A DNA stretch of 62,808 nt, filler included, from Choristocarpus tenellus KU-1152 (taxonomy: Eukaryota; Protista; Phaeophyceae): the NCBI GenBank assembly GCA_964200185.2. It is 12 parts of 12 records of this genome, joined end to end, with 100 filler letters (N's around TTAATTAATTAA, not from the genome) between each part and the next. Parts side by side here need not be neighbours in the genome. Positions count along the whole stretch, not along the records: positions 13,747 to 17,841 come from CAXNAD020016247.1; positions 17,942 to 21,753 come from CAXNAD020017787.1; positions 21,854 to 28,587 come from CAXNAD020007468.1; 9 more parts are not named here. One strand, written 5' to 3'. Below the pieces are notes generated by a model. It was not told the DNA's origin and ran no database searches. It worked only from the letters and a program-made list of their open reading frames with translations. Below are positions 13,772-26,222 of the stretch, piece by piece. The position numbers and the translations under genes are program-made. Each line of letters starts with the position of its first letter. Positions within the stretch are counted from its first letter, which is position 1.

Positions 13772-13952
13772 CCCCCAAAGTATGCGGGGGGGGGGGGGGA
13801 GGTCTACACCAGAGTGTCCATTTGGTCCAAAACCAGGAATAATGCATTTTCATTATCCATCCAACGTATGAAACCAAATCACCCAAAAATTGTGACATGA
13901 AAAAATTGTCCCCAAATGGACAGCCGCCAACCCCCCCCAGATACTTCGAGCC
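13772..13952. mobile_element. MITE family B (poly-G/poly-C ends), complete copy
   Basis: CAAAGTAT.(G)n GTCTACACC...CAAATGGACAGCCG (C)n AGATACTTCGAGCC. Related ends at about 3985, 4150-4180, 8010, 8148-8173, 13620, 21600-21753, 36088, 36130, 36249-36400 and 44098. Confidence 0.75.
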
Positions 13953-14241
13953 AAGATTGAAATGAAAGATGAAAAAATGAAGGTGAAGTGCTATTATATC
14001 AGTAATGCATCTAATCATCGGCTAAATATTGGGCCAATCGAATTACTAGTTGCTCAGGACTACAGCTGCTGGGAAAAAGTACTATCTTATTGCATGAGCA
14101 ACACATTTTACAATGTTTGCCCCACACCTCAATCTTACTACCACTATAAGTCTGGGCATAACTAACCACTGCACACTTAAGACATGACAGTAAGTCAAGA
14201 TGGTGCACTCTCATAATAAGGTAATTACAAGGCAAACTAAC

Positions 14242-16277
14242 TTGCCATGCCTCCAATGCCATGAATCACGAAGACGAGGTGCCTTGGTGTTTGGTCCTGA
14301 GCATTGGGCTTTTTCGATTCACGGGCACTTTCCCACCTGTTGACCTTCCCAACTTGCCATTCAGCAGGGACACCCCGCGAAACCACCCTTTCAAATGTCC
14401 TTGTGTAGTTTCTTACAACTTCTACTTGTTCCCTGTCCGTGTGTGCCAAAAAACAACAAAGACAAAATAAGAGATGGAATATTCAAAACAGTTTCGTACA
14501 CTGTTCAAGATTAATCTTAGAGAAAGGTTAAAGGGATAGGCTACTGTTGTCAAAGCATCTTGGACAGCATTCTCATGTCCACACCACCTAAGCGTCTGCA
14601 CACCTTGTGGGAACCGTGAATGACAACAAAACATATTTCCATCATGTCGTTGACATTCTGACAACTCCAAAGGAAACAATTTATGCAGCTATTACTGTGA
14701 AATATTGTTCTTAAATATTATCATCTAACCACAGATGCAAGTTAGGCTTTTTGATTTTAAATAGTGTTCAACAGTAGGATCAAAACCAGATGTCTTTAGT
14801 GGTGCTAATGGAAAGAGATGCAAAACACTTTCAACAGCACATCAAAGAACACTTCTACAGGATGCTCAGAAGAGGATCAAGCATTGCAGCACTATGAACC
14901 CTCCTAGCACTACTACTGAATCAATCCAGTCAAGAACGTGGGAACATTTCATGTTACTGTGCAAGATACGGTTTGAAGGAGGATGCACTTAACAAGAATG
15001 GGATAGTGTCATGGTGATCGGAATACCATCAAGGTGTTTGGCGGATAGTTAAATATATATCCATACACGAGAAATTTGTACAAGTCAAACCGACTGAGAG
15101 GTAGGCAGGGTTGCATCTTAAGGATATCGAGGAAGGGCACAAAGATGTCATTATTATACAAATGCACAAAGAGCCTTTGCTGAAACATGGTGTTATTTTG
15201 TGTGCAGAAAGGGGGAATATCAATCTTGCATACATTACCGTGCGCATGAAGCAATGAAATAGAAAATATTGTATGGGGTAAGAAAGAACGCAAAAGAGTC
15301 CTAACCTGTCTACCTCTCAATTGGTTTGGCCCTATACACGAGAACAGAGGTACCTCTGAGTCAAATTAACTGAGAGGTACTCAGAGTTGCATTTTAAGGA
15401 TGCTGACAAATATACAAACATTTGTTGTTCTTGCAAATATGTATAGGATACTTTATTCATTGCGTGGGAAATGTTTCAAACAACAGACAAATAAACGCCC
15501 TCAGTGTTATCTCAACATTTAGAAAGTGCATGCCATGTGGTGGGGCTCAGCACCTTACAGCCGATGACAACATCATTATTGGTAACAGCTCATATCATCA
15601 TTCTTCAAGAATCATGAATTAAATTGAAGTTAGGCAATGATCAACTTTCTGTTGAGCTTTTAACAAGGAAAAGGGGTATCAAGTATCAGTAACATGTCCA
15701 TTGATTATCCCTAAGGATCGGTAGCATTGGGGTTTATGGGATTCAATGTTTGTGCGACAACAAAAATTTTGCTCATCAGATCTGAAACTTAGACAGGGAA
15801 GGACCAATATCCCCATTCTCCCACACTTCCTTCTTTAACCAAAATCTAACCCTCACCTTTGCCGTATCTCCACCTCGAAGTCTTCTTCTTGCTCATTGCA
15901 AATCACCTTGCATCCATTGCCCTTCCTGATAACGACCTTTAACACACACACACACATACAAACACACAGGGGTGTGTAAAGAGAAATGGAATGCTATAAT
16001 GCTTACTGTTTGTTGCAGAAGGGCATCTAGTGATGCGTATCCTATAAACAGCAAGAGAAGGCAACAAGCAAGTATCACTATGAAGAAAACACCTAAGCAT
16101 TTTCAAACAACACAGAGAATCAAGTATTTTACAACACAACCTATGTAAAGCGCTGATTGTACACACACAACATCATTACAATGCAACATACATACATACC
16201 TTGTTAATTCCATCTTTTAGCGTGATCTCAATCTCTTTCTGCTCCTTTAAGGCGGAAAATGCAGAAACAAACAGCTC
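14242..16277 (-). CDS. DDHD/PA-PLA1-type phospholipase, internal fragment
   Basis: Phase-compatible exons 16277-16200 (ELFVSAF...DGINK), 15936-15857 (VVIRKG...EIRQ) and 14432 to about 14242 (...DQTPRHLVFVIHGIG). HLVFVIHGIG matches the DDHD1/SEC23IP family motif. The last donor is uncertain and the rest of the gene is missing from the contig. Confidence 0.65.
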
Positions 16278-18794
16278 CTGCACGCGACAACACAACATAG
16301 TTGTAAGGTATAGTGAGACAAAAATCTCATATAATAGAAACTCAACGCCTAGTAGTAGCAACAAGTCCTGCCGAATGGTCAACTATAAAGCGCAAAAAAT
16401 CTACTTCGAGGTACATACATGTATTACTCCATACAAAGGTAATCGCCATTCTCATAGTATACATGAAATATACTCTGTACATGATACTAGTAAAGATCTA
16501 AAAATTGAGCACAGCAACATAGAAACGAAAATCCTCCAAGGTCGAATCGCACAGTGTTAGAAGGCATCTGGCATCCTGTTGGGTACCAGTACATGACTAT
16601 CACTAAATTATCACTAAAGTAATCTTACCAAACAAGTAACAGTAGTGACCTATGACGCATTACGAAATATGCTGCGTAGAACTGAATCTTAGGCTCACCA
16701 TCAAATATTTATAGCTCTCACTCCTTGAACAAGAGATACAAATATCAATACGTTCAACAGCTATCACCAGAATTGATCACACTCTAGAGCTCCATGGTCA
16801 TGGTAAAACATATCTTAGATCACATTGAGAGGTTACAAATGTTGGCTTTCACTTAGTATGTACTGTTCAGAACTCCATGAGACAAAGGCAAAGGATGTTT
16901 GTGCCATTGTGAAAGGAGCGACCACAAGACCACAAAATAATGCATTATATCCATACTTGCATGTTGCAACAAGAAACCCACATGGACCATTTTGCAAAGA
17001 CCCAAATGTAGACTCTCGGACTCTTGATGCACTTCGAATTTGGAAAAAATTGGAGGAACATCTCGAGGGGCATAATATGTGCTTTGGAATAGGCACATCT
17101 ACAGGAAAACACATTCCAACGCTATGGTCTTTCAAGGTCTGTGTGATTCCTTGCCATATAAAAATAGATTTCCAGGGATGCTCTTCTAGGTTCATGGAAA
17201 CCCTTCAGTGACTGAATATAGCATTTCGTACTTGACAAGTTTTTTTTTTAGCATTGGAAGAAACATACCATGCAACAAATGCAAAACCAATGTAATCTCC
17301 ACTACAACAAAACATCCTCCAGGAGTGAAGGCAGCCGCTACGAAAATAGGGCAAGCACTTGTGGAACGATGATCTCAACCACAACCCCTACTCCAACCCC
17401 AATAAGAAACCTGAATCACAAATATAAATCTTTCCATAGTCTCCAAATACAAACGCATTACCTGGTACACTAGCAAACGTGAAACAACTACAAAAGCAAA
17501 ACTTGTGCTTGGTCATTACGGAATATAACAGTCCGTAGAAGAAATAGTCCAATGATGCAAACTGACAAGCAATCGTTTACAGAGATCTACATTCTAGTTC
17601 CGAATGCAAGTAACAGTACACTTAGAGCATCATCACCGACAGGTTTCTTCTACACCTACCACTGCGCCATTTCCTACTAACACCTAAAAGGGTCCACTTT
17701 CGAGAGAACCAAACAGAGTTCCTGTAGCATATCCACAATGAATTTGGAAAGCCACTAGCAAGCACCTGTTGAACTATCCCACACTGGACCCGCGGCTTTT
17801 AGATGGTGCTTTAATGAAGGACAAAGAACAGCTTGGTATAGNNNNNNNNNNNNNNNNNNNNNNNNNNNNNNNNNNNNNNNNNNNNTTAATTAATTAANNN
17901 NNNNNNNNNNNNNNNNNNNNNNNNNNNNNNNNNNNNNNNNNAATAGAGGATAGAGGAATAAGAAAATAGGAATGTGCAAAATAATAATAATAATCCAGAA
18001 TTCGTGAGCAAAACAAATGATTGTTTCACTACAAATGTCGTACTGCATCTGTGTCATACATATACTTACGAGTTAGGGAAACAGCAATCTTTCTTGCCGA
18101 TCGTCGTATTATCTCCTCCCTCTGATCTTGATTCTTTTCACGTTTTCACCTCCATTTTCGTTGATAATTTTCAACATGACAAACAAACAGAGAAGATAAA
18201 AATGATGGTGCGGGTTTATAATTTGTTGTGATTGTAATATGAAATTGACGACCAATCACATCCACATTTCCATCAAAAGAAGTCAATGATGGAATGGGGT
18301 TGAGGTTCAGACTATTTTGACTGAACGATGATAATTCCCACTCTTGCATGTATCTCAGAATACGTTTGCACATTTTGCACATCCTATCTAAAATTTCAAA
18401 ACACATCCCACAGAAGTTCCTAGAACGTACAATTTGTCCGACGACATCTTTCCCACCATATCAAACATTTCTTCGTCGAAGAAAGAAATGTTGGTCGTTC
18501 ATTTGATCAACTATTCTATGTTCTATCTTACTTCCTGGAAGCAACAGCCGATCAGATCACCACGTGAGCATCTTTGAGTCATCCTACTTCACACCTGAGA
18601 ACAAAGATCCGACGATGATTGGATAATCTGTATTTTGCCAATTTAACCTTCTTCCTCCGTCTCTTTCCCTAAACAAATCCTATTGATGAGTACACTACAT
18701 CCTTACACTGGTCAATCTCGAGGTTTTAACCATCCCATCCCTGGGTGGTGACGCACAGACAAAGGAGACGAAAGGTTTACCATCGAGTGTATCC

Positions 18795-21005
18795 ATGGCC
18801 AGGGTTGTTAGCGGAGTAACAGCCCATCCTGTGATAGACGACTGCGAACGTGGGGATTTTCGACCTTGTTCTGAGAGGTACGCCCTTATGGACCTGAAGA
18901 TGCTTGTTGAGGGAAATATCAATACTCCTGCCTGTGATCGTAGCCCCAGTTCTCTCAGTGAAGAGACTGTCACAGATAATTATCTTCGCAGTGGCTCAAT
19001 ACCGTGCTCTGAAGATGCAGCTTCTAATTGTGCACCCACGGGAAGGGAACACCAGTTCTCATTGTCGCCGACCCATGACGAAGATTTCAAATGCGATGGC
19101 AGCCCTACTGGCCCATTTGGAGGGAGCAATGTACCAACGGAGGCATCGGATGATTCATTCTGGGAGGAGGATAAAGATGAAACGAATTTGGATGGACAAA
19201 TGGCGACATTGATGTCGGGGAAGCCAAATTTGCCAATACCTCGGCTAAAGACCCACCTCAATCAGGTTCGCAGCCCGGACTATCACCGCACACAATACCT
19301 CAGCAACCTGGGCATCTGGACAACCAACCGAGCGAATACGCTTACTTCTAAGCCACCCAACCAAGGGCTTGGGCCAGGGTAAGCACATTTCTAGACCATA
19401 TTTTACCTGGGAAATTGATCCATCGGTGAATTTAGTAAGTCTTCTTGGAATGCAGAAAGGCATTGACTCCACGTGCGCCTTTGCTTAGTATGGCGAAATC
19501 TCCGCACTCTTGTTTTCTTTGCTTGCTCCGTTCGAACTATGTTGAAAACTAAATAGGCCTTCGATTACTTGCCACTTCTTCTGTCAGTGTTTTTTATAAG
19601 TAGTGTGAACGCGTCAGTGTTCTGGTTCGTTGCTAACATTTCCGCTCTGCTTCACCTTGTGCAGTTGCAAATTAACATGAGGTCAGCTTTCTGTACAAAA
19701 CCTCTTCTTCACACGTGTGGGACTGCCCAAATTGGGTCCCCATCGCCCCCTGGGCCCCCTCCGCACCGCCTTGTCAGATTTGCTACTAGGAGGATCGTTG
19801 AAGAACCTCCTGAAAAGGCATCCACTGGCAAAGATGGAATTCCTGGAAAGTTATCTGTCAATGTGGAGTCTATAGAGGGAGATTCTTTAAGTGCCAGAGA
19901 AATCACCTTTCCACCCCCAGACACAATTGTCTACAACCCAGAGGATCTTGAGCCTGCCAAGTCACAGGATCAGCAGATAAGACAGGCATGTGTAGCTGAT
20001 GAGGTGGTCAAGGCTGCAGAGATTACAGCGAAGGTAAACATCGCGGGCAGGGATATGGGGATGGAGGATACAGCTGCAGGAAAGAAAAGCGAACGGGGCA
20101 GCGCTACAGGGGAGAAAATGGATCTGACCACTGCTGTTGATGTGTCCCTATCAACGCGGATTTCTCAGCCTATGATGGATGGAATGCCGATGTTTGCTAG
20201 TGGTGCGCTTGATGCAGCTGTTGTCCCACCCCCTGAGAGCTGTAGTCGTCCACAAGGAGCATTGTTCACCCCACCTACAGCATTGGCAAAGGATGGAGCA
20301 GGCTTGGCTCTAGGTACCCAGGGAGCAGAGTTGCGACTCAGCAACTCTCAAGACATGGACTGTGGGACTCCAGGGACGCTGACAGCAGTAGCAACTATGG
20401 CTGAGGTGGCGGAGAAAGAGACAGTGCCATTGGTCCCACCCCCGAGATCGGTTAATCCTCCACGGCGAGATGTCCGTCGTGCTTACCTGACAAACCTTGG
20501 TATGAAGAAGGCAGTGGTCGAGGGACCTGGAGGGCACAGAACAGCCCCGCCTCTTCTGCGTAGACCATTCTGGAACGAGGTAAGTTTATGTAAGTGAAGG
20601 GGGGGGGAAAGGGGGGTTGGCGACGATGAATAGGACTGTTCCTTCCATTGCTGATCTCTCCTGTGATGGTTCAGGGTGACCAGATCCACCTCTCATAGTG
20701 GCGTACTAAGGGTAGACCCTAACCCTAAGGACCTCATTTTTTGAGGTGGTCTAAACGCTATGTCTTGTTTCGGTTGCACCAATACAGGGAAGATGTCCGT
20801 ACTCCTGTGTCAGAACTATTCGAGGGAAAAGCCAAAGGAGAGGCCGCTCCCTTTCCAATGTTATAATTGACAAATACTTGCATTGTCCACTCACTGTTGC
20901 CACCTTTCTTACTCATGGTGTTCGATGAAGGGCTTGGGGCAGCCGATTGAGGAGCGTCTCAAGGACCCGAACGAGGGCGAACTCACCTTTGAGGACCTTG
21001 TGAAG
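18795..21005 (+). CDS. Unknown protein with two R-x-x-Y-L-x-N-L-G motifs, 3'-incomplete
   Basis: Exons 18795-19378 (donor gg|GTAAGC), 19778-20579 (cag| acceptor, phase 2 match; donor gag|GTAAGT) and 20931-21005 (aag|GTAAGT). Long Ser/Pro-rich open frames. Confidence 0.7.
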
Positions 21006-21856
21006 GTAAGTGGGCATGCAAAAGTGCAAAAGTGTCTACATACACTCGAGTGTGACTCAGGCCCTGGAACCTTTTTTTTTTTCAAGTTATGTTATACTGC
21101 GCAGTATCATCCTTTTGTGTGTAAAAGGTAAGCATTTTAGCTCACGACAGCCAAAGAATGGACAGGTAGATGCTGAGGGTACGGGCACAAGCCTTGAGTA
21201 GGCAGGGCATAAAAAAGCATAAATATATATAAATATATATATATATATGAGTGACGAGAGGGTGCAAGTGTGATTAACCTACCTACACCTTTTTGGAACA
21301 GTAGTACTTTTTTTAAAATTGTTCTGTGGGGCTACAGAACTGGCAGTTGTTTGTCGCACATGTAATGCTTGCAGGCTCAGTAGTGGTTTCTGATTGTTTG
21401 AGAGTGGACTTGACTGTTGAGGTTTCTTTGTCTTCTATTCCCAAAGTTTGTGGGATGTTTTGAAAAAAGGGTAAATACAGTAGGCTCTTAAAACAGGTGA
21501 TGGACTGGTTGACCGCTTGTGCAGGCATGTTCTATGGTGTGTGCATGCTTTTGTTCTTTTTGAATGTTTATAATTGTGTAGACTAACGTGCTGCTGCAGG
21601 CTCAAAGTATCTTGGGCGGGGGGGAGGTTCTACACCAGGGTGTCCATTCGGGGCCTGACCAGGAGAAGTGCTATTAATCCGACACATGGGAGGCCAAAAC
21701 ACACAAAAGTCATGACATGGAAAAATGGGCCCCGAGTGGACAGCTGCCACCCCNNNNNNNNNNNNNNNNNNNNNNNNNNNNNNNNNNNNNNNNNNNNTTA
21801 ATTAATTAANNNNNNNNNNNNNNNNNNNNNNNNNNNNNNNNNNNNNNNNNNNNGGT

Positions 21857-21900
<44 letters not shown>

Positions 21901-22889
21901 GGGCTTGGAATGACTTGCTGTTGAAGGATGGAATGTTGGCAATGACAAGGGTTGAATGGGCATGGCTCAACACATGAACAGGGAGAGCGAGGGAATGACA
22001 GGCATGTTGCAGAGGAGGTACTATTCTGGCTGGAAAATAAGGTACTAGGGGATGGCTTTTTTATTGCCGAAAGAGGGATAGGTGGTGACTTTATGTGGCC
22101 TCTGTGCAGAGCATTCATTTGGGCTGTCGTGAGATGAAGTAGCTTGAAAACATAAAAGCATCTGCATACAACATGGCTTACTCAGTAGTAGTAAAAGCTC
22201 AAAATGGGTAATTTATTGCACCTCCTGATCTCTTCCTTGCCAGACGTTCTTAATGTGTCATACTTTTATGTTGACAATGAGTATTCTTGGAGTGAATAGC
22301 GACATAATGGCTTAAACAGTTTGTGGGAAATTACATTCTACTCCCCAAACCCCTCTAAAGAGACTTTATTCAAACAACGGATGCCTTTCCAATATAAATC
22401 TCTCTTGAAAGTGTGCTAGGGTGACTGTGCAAGAACCAACAAGGCCACATGGTGTCCTCCGCCCGCCAATGAAAAAATAACTCCCACACGACCTCTTATC
22501 AACTTCGAACAGTGACAACAACTATGACGGTGAGCCCCATCAAAAGCACGCCTCTTCCACATTGAAATCTCCAAATTTTCCCCTGCATTCTTTCTCCCAT
22601 GGGGCATACTTTCCTAGTGATGAAAAGCATGGTTTAAAACAAGCAGGAAATGACCTACCCACACAGCTATCACACCACATCAGTCCTGTCCTCCTTCACA
22701 CATCTATCTCACACTGCAACTTATCACCTTCCTTTTACTGTCCCCTTTCACTTCCTCAGTATGCCCAATATGGTTTGCTGGACTACACACACACATACAC
22801 ACATACACGCACACAAGCACACAACTCTCTTCCATTGGGCACTGGTGGTCACCCCTCTAGTCAATACCCCAGATGACTATCATACGCAC

Positions 22890-23039
22890 CTCTTGTGTAT
22901 GGTATAGGTGCATCAAGACGTTCTTCTTCGGTACAAACTTGGCCTGCTTTCGGAATGCCACTAAGCGCTTGTCAATATCCTTCCACTCTGTTAAGTGGAG
23001 GATCTCGTTTAGTAGTGCATTCAGTTCCGGCTTGCGTGC
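22890..23039 (-). CDS. Internal exon of an unknown protein (weak Elp3-like N-terminal resemblance)
   Basis: cag|GCA...GAG|gtgcgt, 50 codons: ARKPELNALLNEILHLTEWKDIDKRLVAFRKQAKFVPKKNVLMHLYHTQE. A possible first exon (MAPPDISDEQ...EHE) lies at about 23753-23836. Confidence 0.45.
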
Positions 23040-26000
23040 CTGCCAATAAAATCGTTGTGGCAGTTGTTGGCTTAGTGAAAGCGGCATTAAGGTCTACAAT
23101 AGTGGGGAAGGGATTATGGAGTCTTCCTGGGGGATAGCTTTATGGAGTTCTAACGGCGAAGAGAAAATTCAGCCAAGCGCAATCTATACGGGGGGTGTTG
23201 GGCACGGGTTAGTCCATCCAGGCAAAGTCAGCCTATCTGGCTTAAACGGAAAATCATGTCCGAGCGGAAATGCTGTTCTAGAGTATTCTGCTATCAGGAC
23301 GGGGGGGCAAGGAATGAATTTGCATTGGGAGCTGAAGTCTGTTTGTCTTCGACCTCAGAGTCGTCTCTTAGTGCCTCTCGTCCCAACATCAACTTTGGAG
23401 GGCAACAAACTTTCACCATTGCTGATTACCAGCAATTCAGGTATTTTCAGCGAGACAGCGGAACACTGTTGCTCGTCTGAATCACTGGTGGTGTGTCATC
23501 TTTGAAAGAAATCGTGGGGTCTAAGTGGCTCGGCATCCTGGTTGCTGGAAGATTCGTTCTTGCAATTCAAAGGGCTTGGGGTGAAGGGTTCGGTATGACC
23601 GAGTCATCACCAATTCAAATGCTTTGGTTTATCCTGTGTGGATAGTTAATCAACCCCTCCCATAGTCCAATAGTCCATTCAAACAACTTATTGAACTAAG
23701 GACATCGAGATTTCTTGCCAGGTAGTGTGATACATACTTCAGTCCTTATCACCTCGTGCTCATTGTCAAACACCAGACTTTCGACGTCTGGCGAGCTGCT
23801 ATGGCGCTGCTCGTCGCTTATATCTGGTGGGGCCATCCTTCCTCTCCACAGGACCAGGTTTGAAGCTCAAATTGACCAAGTGACCATAGCCACACTCAAA
23901 AAGGTTTTGTAAATGTTGAAGGCGGTCAAAATATAGGATTAGTTCAGGAACGACGACAATGGAGAAATGATGTGATGATAGAAGATACTACAAATATTAA
24001 AATGAAGTTGTGTATGTTGAAGGAAGCACAAATGGTGAAGTATACTCTATAGTAGTATGTGCTCTTGCACTGTGGTTCTTACAACAAGCTTCTGATTCGA
24101 ACAAGAAAGATTGACAAACGAAGAGGGTGGCTTGAGTGCTGGCTATATATGTGCCGTAGTTGCCAAGCTTTCTTGTCCCGTGAAGTGGCCAATCGTAGAT
24201 CATCGTCCATGTCGACAGGTGCCACAACCGAAAAAGTTGGCCCTAATGTCGCTGCCACTTTGTCTCCTTCGCCACTCGGTGAAGAACTTGACGGACTCGA
24301 TGCTGGAAGTCTCTGCCTCGAATCCATGTTCACTGCCCAGACTGATCCCCCACAGACGATGTCGGGGCCATGAAGAGCGACCTCGCAATCACAGACTCCT
24401 AGAGTGGCTTAAGCTCTAACTGCAAAAGCAAAGAAATCGTCACCCAGCATTCCCGCGAACGTGGGGAGGTTGGTGACCTTGATGGTGCTGCCGGTAGACA
24501 TCTTGTACAATGATGCTACTCACCACCAGCCTTGTCGCTCAGCACAACGTGCGAGGAATAGTCGGTTCACTATATCAAGTTGGAGTATTCACAGTTCCAA
24601 GAGTAAGCAATGTTTCAAATGTTTGCAAATTGCGTTACCACACATTCACCAGTTGTGGGTATAATCTTTATCTAGAATATTGAGAAAGCTATCGAACTTG
24701 AATATTCCTGTCTTCAACCTCCACCCTCCATTATTGAGTCTCCGCAGGGTTCAATTTAAGTGTTGTTGAAAGCGCAAGAACCTAAGCATTATTTCCCCCA
24801 TAATAAGTTCAGTGCAAGTCATCTTGTAACCACCCTGCATCTGCTTTGAGGCAGACTGGTATTTGATGCGTGACGTAGAAAACACATCAAAACATGTATG
24901 TACGCAGGTGCCATGAACAGAGAATAAAGGAGGGGGATATACCATGAGCATACCAGGACACAGAATATGCACATCTACGCACCGCATCCCACCCTACTAG
25001 GTGCACCATGTGTGTAACTTATATATTTGTTGCATGTTACCTTGCAAGCCACGACTCAACACAATAGATCATACTAGGCACATCCTGCAAAAACAAATAC
25101 CAAATGCAACTACTATTGCTAATATACCGTTACCATAACCTCTCCCTGCTCCAACCTTCTGTCCACAGTCTCTACAGCACATCAATACCCTGGCTGCACA
25201 GCAAGGAGCAACCTACAATTACTATCAAGGTGGGTGGAGACACACAACCCTTCCCCACAGTCACATCCTCCTCACCTTGTTGTCACAGCAAGAAACAAGC
25301 TAAACAACAAGGGTCATATGTCAACATGCTCAACCAACCTCTTCTGAAGACAAGGCAGCAGATACATGCTCTCATGCGTGCCTACTAGTTAAGGGTATTC
25401 CTGCTTGTTGCATGCCAGGAGGGCACAACCGCTGAACCACTTAGATGTTTATCAGGCCTGTTGCTCGCACGTCACCGTGTGGAGGAACAACGCAGAATGC
25501 AGAAAAAAAAAAGTTCAGAATACAAAACTTCGAACAATCAACTACAGTATCAATACAGCCCAAGGCAACTGCATCTTATGACAGATAGCGAAACCAAAAT
25601 GACAACACTTTGAACACACAGGGCTTCAAACATAAAGGAGGATATACACTGAATTACCGACCCACTCTCCATCACAATGTAACTCAAACTATGCTCAGTT
25701 GCCTAAAGCACATCCTATGTGTTGCCAACACATCATCAACAAACCAACACCCAAGCAACTTTTCATCAAAAACATACAGGTTTAACCACCAACGCATACC
25801 CCACCTATGAATATATCACTACACGATGACACAGAGGGTCATTCATTATTACCATCCCATTGCCACTCTCTTCTTATTGCCCTCTCCATTCATCCTTCTA
25901 TCAAGCATGACTGTGTAGAGTCCTTTGACAGCCAGTATCATCATCTAGCCAAATTCCTCCTATTGTGATCTTCCCTTTAACACCCCTACTTCCTCCGCTC

Positions 26001-26222
26001 ACCCTTATACCCACCCTGCCTGCCCACACAAAATATAGGCAGGCCACGAGATTTCCGTATCCATTCAACAGTTCAACAGTTTCACTACAAGAGTTGCAGA
26101 TTGCTCCCGATTACAGAAGAAGTGACCAGAGATCACCAATGAAGGCGTCTTCATAGCAAAAAAACAACCCAAGGCATCACCCAAGAAGAGTCTCTGCTTG
26201 ACTGCACAACAATTATGTTCCT

